Assembly (NCBI GenBank): GCA_963666055.2
Contig: CAXWPH010000015.1
Location: 416,001-480,000 of the forward strand
Reading direction: 5' to 3'
Length of the DNA stretch: 64,000 nucleotides
Origin: Acidobacteriota bacterium
Lineage (GTDB): Bacteria > Acidobacteriota > UBA890 > WLXD01
The translations under genes were made by a program, and so were the position numbers. Positions 60,231-64,000 of this stretch are shown piece after piece. The notes under the pieces are model-generated. The model was not told where the DNA came from. It did not search any database and worked only from the letters and a program-made list of their open reading frames with translations. The stretch's first letter is position 1. Each line of letters starts with the position of its first letter.

Positions 60231-60480
60231 TTCTTTAGATACAACGAGTTACAGTATTCTCGACGCCACTAGGGGCGTCAGGTAGCGGTTGCGTGGGGCC
60301 ACATTTGGGGCCACATCACAGCGCAAGATCGGTCCCCATAGCAAGGATCGATAAAGATCGAGAGCAGCCAGCAACACCGCGACGACAGGCGTTGCGGGAA
60401 ATAGCCAGGTATCACGGGCGATCGCGGCAGGTGCGCGAAATGGGGTGAACCCTCCGCCGCTAACGCACGTCCGCCTTCCG

Positions 60481-61242
60481 TCAGAAGTCCTTGACCCGCT
60501 TGATGGTCTCCGGATCGAGGAAGCAGGCGACGGTGGCCTCCCGTTCCAGCCGCATCGCAGCAGCGAGGTCCGTCATCGCCGTGCGGTAGAGCGTCCGGCG
60601 CATGGCGCGTACCGCCAGCGGCGGCAGCTCGGCGAGCTGGCGCGCCACAGCGCGCGCCTCGTCCATCAGCGCGGCATCGGGCACCACGCGCCAGGCAATG
60701 CCGTACTCGCGCAGCGTTGCGGCGTCGTAGCGCGCACCGAGAAACAGCATCTCTCTCGCGCGGTTGAGGCCGACCAGCGCTGGCAGCAGTGCGGTGACGC
60801 CGCCGGTGACGAACAGGTTGAGCGAGACCTCCGGGAAGAAGCCCTTGGCGCTTTCGGCCCAGATCGGAAAGTCGCAGTTGATCGCCCATTCCAAGCCGCC
60901 GCCGACGGCCCAGCCGTTGATCGCGCCAACCACCGGCTTGCCGCCGAAGACGATGGCGTCGGTCGCGCGCTGGATCGCGTCGACGATGTCGCGTGCAGCG
61001 GCCTCGGTCTCCGGGTGCGTGTGCTCGCGCCGGTCATCGCCGGCACAGAACCCGCGGCCGGCGCCGGTGAAGATCACTGCCCGCGTGTCGGGGTCGGCGT
61101 CGGCGTCGGCGAAGGCCTGCGCCACGTCGTCGATCAACTGGCGGTTCATGGCGTTGAGGCTCTCCGGCCGATTAAGCGTGATGGTGCGGACGCCGTCGGC
61201 CTCGCGCTCGCTCAGCACCGTCGCGTAGTCGAATGCAGTCAT
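60481..61242 (-). CDS. Enoyl-CoA hydratase/isomerase family
   Basis: ITLNRP..LNA, FCAG.D, KPV..AING.AVGGG.E and FPE. Confidence 0.9.
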   Translation of the reverse strand: MTAFDYATVLSEREADGVRTITLNRPESLNAMNRQLIDDVAQAFADADADPDTRAVIFTGAGRGFCAGDDRREHTHPETEAAARDIVDAIQRATDAIVFGGKPVVGAINGWAVGGGLEWAINCDFPIWAESAKGFFPEVSLNLFVTGGVTALLPALVGLNRAREMLFLGARYDAATLREYGIAWRVVPDAALMDEARAVARQLAELPPLAVRAMRRTLYRTAMTDLAAAMRLEREATVACFLDPETIKRVKDF

Positions 61243-62555
61243 GTGTAGGTTCTCCAGACGCGGCGAGTCTTTCCTTCGGTGCGCGGCAGGCTGAGCGGTG
61301 GCAGCACCGTCACCCGCGCCGTGGCACCAAGCTCCCGCTTGATTGCCGCCTCGATGCTGGCCGCCAGATCAGCGCCGTCCTGCCCTTCGGCTAGCTCGAC
61401 CTCGACCGGCAGCACATCCTAGGGCGGCGGCCGGTCGAGCACGATGCGGTACTCGCCGCTCGCCGCGTCGAAGCGGTTGAGCACGGACGCCACCATGGTC
61501 GGGTATGTATTGAGACCGCGCACCACCACCATGTCGTCGCTGCGGCCGACGACGCGGAACCGCGGTACCGTGCGGCCGCAGTCAGCCCGGCCGGTGCCGG
61601 TCAACGTGACGATGTCGCCGGTGCGGAAGCGCACCAGCGGCTGGCAATCCTTAGCGAGGTGGGTCAGCACCAGCTCGCCGGACTCGCCCTCGCGCCACGG
61701 CAGCCGGGTGCCGGCGTCGGGGTCGATCAGCTCCGCCTCCAGCACGTCGGTCGCCATGAGGTGCAGGTCGTTGCAGAGTTCCGTCTGGCCGGCGAAGTTG
61801 CACAGCACGTCGGAGACGCCGTAGTTCGCGTTGCGGGCGCGGAAGCCCCAGGTCTCCTCCAGCCGGGCACGGAACGCCGGGTCGTCGAGGCCGGGCTCTC
61901 CGCCGAACAGGCCGAGCTGCAGGCCGAGGTCACGCGGCGCCAGGCCGGGATAGTGCTCCGCCAGCACCTGCCCCATCACCGCCGGATAGGAGGGCGTGCA
62001 GGAGATCGCGGTGACGCCGAGCTCGCGGATCACCCGGATCAGGCCCGTACTGCCGCCGACCCCGTAGGGGATCACCGTGGCGCCGGTGGCCTCCAGCGTC
62101 GTGTGGTCGGTGAACCCGCCCATCCAGAGCTGATAGTTGAGACAGTGCACCACCCGGTGGCCCGGTCCGAGTCCGGCAGCGGACTGGGCGCGCGCGCCGA
62201 CCGCAGCGGTCATCCTCGCGTCCGCGGCCGACAGCGCCAAGTTCATGGCGTCGCCGGTGGTCGCCGAGGTGCGGTGGACGCGGCAAATTTCCTGCGGCGG
62301 CGCGGCGAGGTAGCTGCCGAACGGCGGCTGGGCGCGCTGGTCGGCGCGCAGCATCTCCTTGTCAGTGAACGGCAGGTCCGCCAGCTCCGCGAGGTCGCCG
62401 GTCAGTTTCAACCCGGCGAAGTGCCTTGCGTAGAACACGGACGCGCGCGCTACATAGGCGCTCTGCGCGCGCCAACGGTCTGTGCGGATCGCTGCGAGCT
62501 CGCCTTCGTCGAGGAACTCTGCCCCATCGATCGCGTGCTGTGTCCGCACCGTCAT
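61239..62555 (-). pseudogene. Phenylacetate-CoA-ligase-like (PaaK family) with in-frame TAG at 61419-61421
   Basis: LPFTDK, HRTSATTG, GGEPG, YG.SD, RFRTGD and GRSDDM. After the TAG the frame continues (DVLPVEVE…LPRTEGKTRRVW) to a TGA overlapping the hydratase ATG. Confidence 0.8.
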
Positions 62556-62784
62556 CTGCCGTACAAATAGCCAGGATTGAATTTGCTGCAACCCAGACTG
62601 TCTACCACTCGACAGTCTCCCTGTCTCGGCTCCTGTTGCCGGTTGTGCTCCCGTGCGGCAAGCGCTCAGGTGGGGGTCGCCAGCAAAGCAGCAGCAACTA
62701 GCCGCGGGGGCTGCAGCGCTGCGGCTTCACCGCGATTGGTTGAGCGAACGACCCACTGACCCACCACCTGCCTGTTCCCGTCGC

Positions 62785-64000
62785 CTAGGGGAGCGCCACC
62801 GCGACGTACTCCGGCGGGTGGTTCTGGTCGCCGACCGACACGACGATGTACTGCCTACCGTCTAGCATGTAGGTCATAGGGCCGGCTGTGGTTCCGGATG
62901 GCAACTCCATGGCCCACACCACGTCGCCGGTAGCCTTGTCATAGGCGCGAAAGACCCTGCCCCAGGCCCACTCCTCGTCGAGGGTACCCATGACGGCGTT
63001 GCTGCCCTCTCCGAGGAAGAGCAGGGTCTTGGTCAGCAGCGGCGCCGGACGGTTCGGAACGCCGAGCGGCGGCAGGTTCAGGTGCCGCAGCAACGGGTGC
63101 TTTCGCTGCCCGTCGCCGTTGGCCGCCATCCACAGCTGCTCGCCGCGGTTCAGGTCCAGGGCCGTGATGCGGCCGTGGGGGGGCTTCATGATGAACAGTC
63201 CGTCGATCGTGGGCGCGGCGGCCGGCTCGTAGGCGTACTCCATGGTCGCCGCCGGGTCGGTCTGCTTGACTGCGTTGCGGTTCGTCGGGCCGTAGGAGCT
63301 GTTGGAGACCGCGTAGTAGACGCCGGTCTCCGGGTCGAACGCGCCAGTGTTCCAGTTGCCCGCCCCCCAGGAGCCGGGGTACAGCAGCGAGCCCTTCGTG
63401 CCTCCGGGCTCGTCGCTGGGGACGGAGGGCGGCGTGAACAGGGGCCCGGTGACGTACTGGCTGGCGAGCTCGCGCGCCTGGCGGTTGAGCGCCGGCGTGT
63501 AGTCGATCAGGTCGGCTTCGGTGATGCCCTGCCAGTCGAACGGCGGCGGCTTGGTGGGGAACGGCTGTGTCGGCGAGGCTGCCTCCCCGGGCACCGTCGA
63601 CGCCGGCACCGGGCGCTCCTCGATGGGCCACAAGGGCTCGCCGTTCCGGCGGTCGAACACGAACAGGAACGCGTGCTTGGTGGGCTGCATCACCACCGGG
63701 ATCCGGCGCCCGTCGACCGTGATCTCGCCCAGCGTCGCCGGGCCGATGGGCTCGTAGTCCCACAGGCCATGGTGGATCATCTGGAAGTGCCAGACGCGCT
63801 CACCGGTCTGCGCGTCGAGCGCCACGAGGCTGTTGGAAAAGAGGTTGTCGCCCGGCCTCCAGCCCCCGTACCAGGCGGTCGTCGGAGCCGAGAACGCCAC
63901 ATACACGTGGCCGAGCTCCTCGTCGGCGCTCATCAGCGACCAGGCACCCATGTCGCCGGCGACCTTCCACGAGTCGTTGCCCCAGGTCTCGACGCCGAAC
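62785..64000 (-). CDS. PQQ-dependent (glucose-type) dehydrogenase, 5' end outside window
   Basis: RPGDNLF.NSLVALD..TG..VWHFQ..HH.LWDYE, WPIEERPVP, GNW…FDP and PMTY..DGRQY. Confidence 0.9.
   Translation of the reverse strand, partial: FGVETWGNDSWKVAGDMGAWSLMSADEELGHVYVAFSAPTTAWYGGWRPGDNLFSNSLVALDAQTGERVWHFQMIHHGLWDYEPIGPATLGEITVDGRRIPVVMQPTKHAFLFVFDRRNGEPLWPIEERPVPASTVPGEAASPTQPFPTKPPPFDWQGITEADLIDYTPALNRQARELASQYVTGPLFTPPSVPSDEPGGTKGSLLYPGSWGAGNWNTGAFDPETGVYYAVSNSSYGPTNRNAVKQTDPAATMEYAYEPAAAPTIDGLFIMKPPHGRITALDLNRGEQLWMAANGDGQRKHPLLRHLNLPPLGVPNRPAPLLTKTLLFLGEGSNAVMGTLDEEWAWGRVFRAYDKATGDVVWAMELPSGTTAGPMTYMLDGRQYIVVSVGDQNHPPEYVAVALP

Noticed and set aside
1-64000. CRISPR array or cas genes
   Set aside because: No regularly spaced repeat-spacer array or Cas motifs were seen; the repeats are paralogous genes, MITEs or short arm-like pairs.

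Overview
GC-rich bacterial DNA, most likely Acidobacteriota. This is inferred from the expanded membrane Ser/Thr kinase–β-propeller family, an ADOP-type permease start, a GWxTD protein and many M28/PQQ/cupin secreted proteins. About 1–25 kb is a decaying accessory region. It holds three long kinase–propeller genes plus two kinase fragments, several gene stubs fused at abrupt junctions, a 271-bp MITE (two full copies and solo ends), a glycerate kinase plus atypical enolase pair and three signal-peptide-like cupins. It also holds a DsrE-family selenoprotein (UGA in a UxxC motif plus a SECIS-like hairpin) that the ORF track truncates. About 25–59 kb is mostly intact housekeeping and envelope genes: ferritin, Mn-SOD, a TonB receptor, Nat-like and Gld-like ABC systems, OPT, MFS, PP2C and GWxTD. 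A small integrative-element scar lies at about 44.6–46.3 kb. At 59.8–60.3 kb three different tRNA fragments (Asp, fMet, Leu) sit beside tandem arm-type repeats, which looks like a cluster of att-site scars. The window ends with an enoyl-CoA hydratase, an amber-interrupted CoA ligase and a partial PQQ dehydrogenase. All calls come from motif recognition by eye; no searches were run, and some junctions could be assembly artefacts.
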